Assembly: GCF_000284115.1 (NCBI RefSeq)
Contig: NC_017080.1
Coordinates: 3,330,001-3,362,000, forward strand
Length of the DNA: 32,000 bases
Reading direction: 5' to 3'
Origin: Phycisphaera mikurensis NBRC 102666
Lineage (GTDB): Bacteria > Planctomycetota > Phycisphaerae > Phycisphaerales > Phycisphaeraceae
The notes beneath the pieces are model-generated. The model saw nothing but the letters and a program-made list of their open reading frames with translations. It was not told where the DNA came from and did not search any database. Of this stretch, positions 31,302 to 32,000 are shown piece after piece. Position 1 is the first letter of the stretch; every line of letters begins with the position of its first letter. A program made the translations under genes and the position numbers.

Positions 31302-32000
31302 TCAGACCGCTCGCGGGTGGGCCTGGGCGTAGGCGGTCCGCATCCGCATGGTGGACAGGTGCGTGTAGACCTGGGTCGTCGACAGGGACTGGTGCCCGAG
31401 CAGCTCCTGCACGCTTCGGAGGTCGGCCCCGTTGTCGAGGAGGTGGGTGGCGAAGCTGTGCCGCAGGGTGTGCGGCGAGATGCCCGGGTCCATGCCGGCG
31501 CCGACGAGGTACTTGTCGAGCTTGCGGCGGACGCTGCGGCTGGACAGCCGGCCGCCGTTCTTGTTGATGAAGACCGGCACCGCGGCGGTGCGGTCGCTCT
31601 CCCGGCGGAGCTTGGCGAAGCGGGGGTCGGGCTCGAGCAGCGTCATGTAGTGGCGGATCGCGGCGAGGGCGTGGCTGCCCAGCGGCACGATCCGCTCCTT
31701 CTTGCCCTTGCCGCGGATGTGCATCGTCTGCTCCGCCATCGAGACGTCGCCGCGGTCCAGCTGCACGAGCTCGCTCACGCGGACGCCGGTGGAGTAAAGC
31801 GTCTCGAGGATCGCCCGGTCGCGGGCGCCCAGCGTCTCGCGGTTGTCGGGAGCCGCCAGCAGCGCCTCCACCTGCTCGACGTTGATGGCCTTGGGCAGCC
31901 GCTTCGCCTGCTTGGGGCTGCGGATGAGCAGCATCGGGTTGACCTGGTCGGGGTCGATGCCCGACAGCCACTTGTAGAAGCTCCGCAGCGTGGCGACCTT
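31302..32000 (-). CDS. XerC/XerD-type tyrosine site-specific recombinase, N-terminus beyond window
   Basis: The frame is open to nt 32000 (...VATLRSFYKWLSGIDPDQVNPMLLIRSPKQAKRLPKAI). The catalytic domain shows RDRAILETLYSTGVRVSEL (Arg), HIRGKGKKERIVPL (Lys), HTLRHSFATHLL (His-x-x-Arg), LLGHQSLSTTQVYTHL (His, Tyr). Confidence 0.88.
   Translation of the reverse strand, partial: KVATLRSFYKWLSGIDPDQVNPMLLIRSPKQAKRLPKAINVEQVEALLAAPDNRETLGARDRAILETLYSTGVRVSELVQLDRGDVSMAEQTMHIRGKGKKERIVPLGSHALAAIRHYMTLLEPDPRFAKLRRESDRTAAVPVFINKNGGRLSSRSVRRKLDKYLVGAGMDPGISPHTLRHSFATHLLDNGADLRSVQELLGHQSLSTTQVYTHLSTMRMRTAYAQAHPRAV

Noticed and set aside
31302-32000. Tyrosine recombinase as evidence of an integrated mobile element
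   Set aside because: The sequence has the XerC/XerD housekeeping signature (RSFYKWL..., HTLRHSFATHLL, LLGH...Y). No tRNA, direct repeats or phage/IS genes are visible. The gene is truncated by the window edge, so its context cannot be judged.

Overview
This is a very GC-rich (roughly 70%+) bacterial chromosomal window. The gene content (FGly-type sulfatase, many prepilin-type proteins, a secreted right-handed beta-helix protein) is reminiscent of Planctomycetota/Phycisphaerae-like genomes, but that is inference only. The high GC makes the six-frame track full of long spurious Arg/Pro/Gly/Ala-rich ORFs and false N-terminal extensions. I called genes from recognisable motifs plus third-position GC.

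Gene order, left to right:
- 3' part of a type I restriction R subunit (hsdR)
- cytoplasmic-looking sulfatase, followed by an internally duplicated ABC-2 permease (minus strand)
- DinB-family protein
- LCAT/PGAP1-like lipase lipoprotein
- orphan LolD/MacB-type ABC ATPase
- a ~12.4 kb minus-strand type II secretion / type IV filament locus (9093-21488)
- MFS transporter
- Leu/Phe-tRNA-protein transferase (aat)
- lemA, M48 peptidase and LysM lipoprotein on the minus strand, with a divergent Bax-inhibitor-like membrane protein
- 942-aa secreted beta-helix protein
- 3' part of a XerC/D-type tyrosine recombinase

The most interesting item is the secretion/filament locus. Its order is sensor histidine kinase, STAS (anti-sigma antagonist-like), GspE ATPase, GspF, PilM-PilN fusion (GspL-like), PilO/GspM-like, PilP/GspC-like, then a promoter gap, then major pseudopilin, GspH-like, a 540-aa decorated pseudopilin, a small pseudopilin, a GspK-like protein with a C-terminal beta-sandwich, and a receiver-only response regulator. 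Nearly every junction is a 4-nt start/stop overlap (GTGA/ATGA/TTGA), mostly with non-ATG starts. No secretin and no prepilin peptidase lie in the window.

Secondary observations:
- A family of palindromic REP-like hairpins (core CCGCGGACCG, 26-nt spacer, CGGTCCGCGG) sits just after gene 3' ends. Two 22-nt-spacer relatives lie inside coding regions.
- A perfect 21-bp inverted repeat lies between lemA and the M48 gene.
- The lemA/BaxI divergent region holds a duplicated 68-bp block and a CT-rich 8-bp microsatellite.

No rRNA, tRNA, CRISPR array or clear mobile element was seen.
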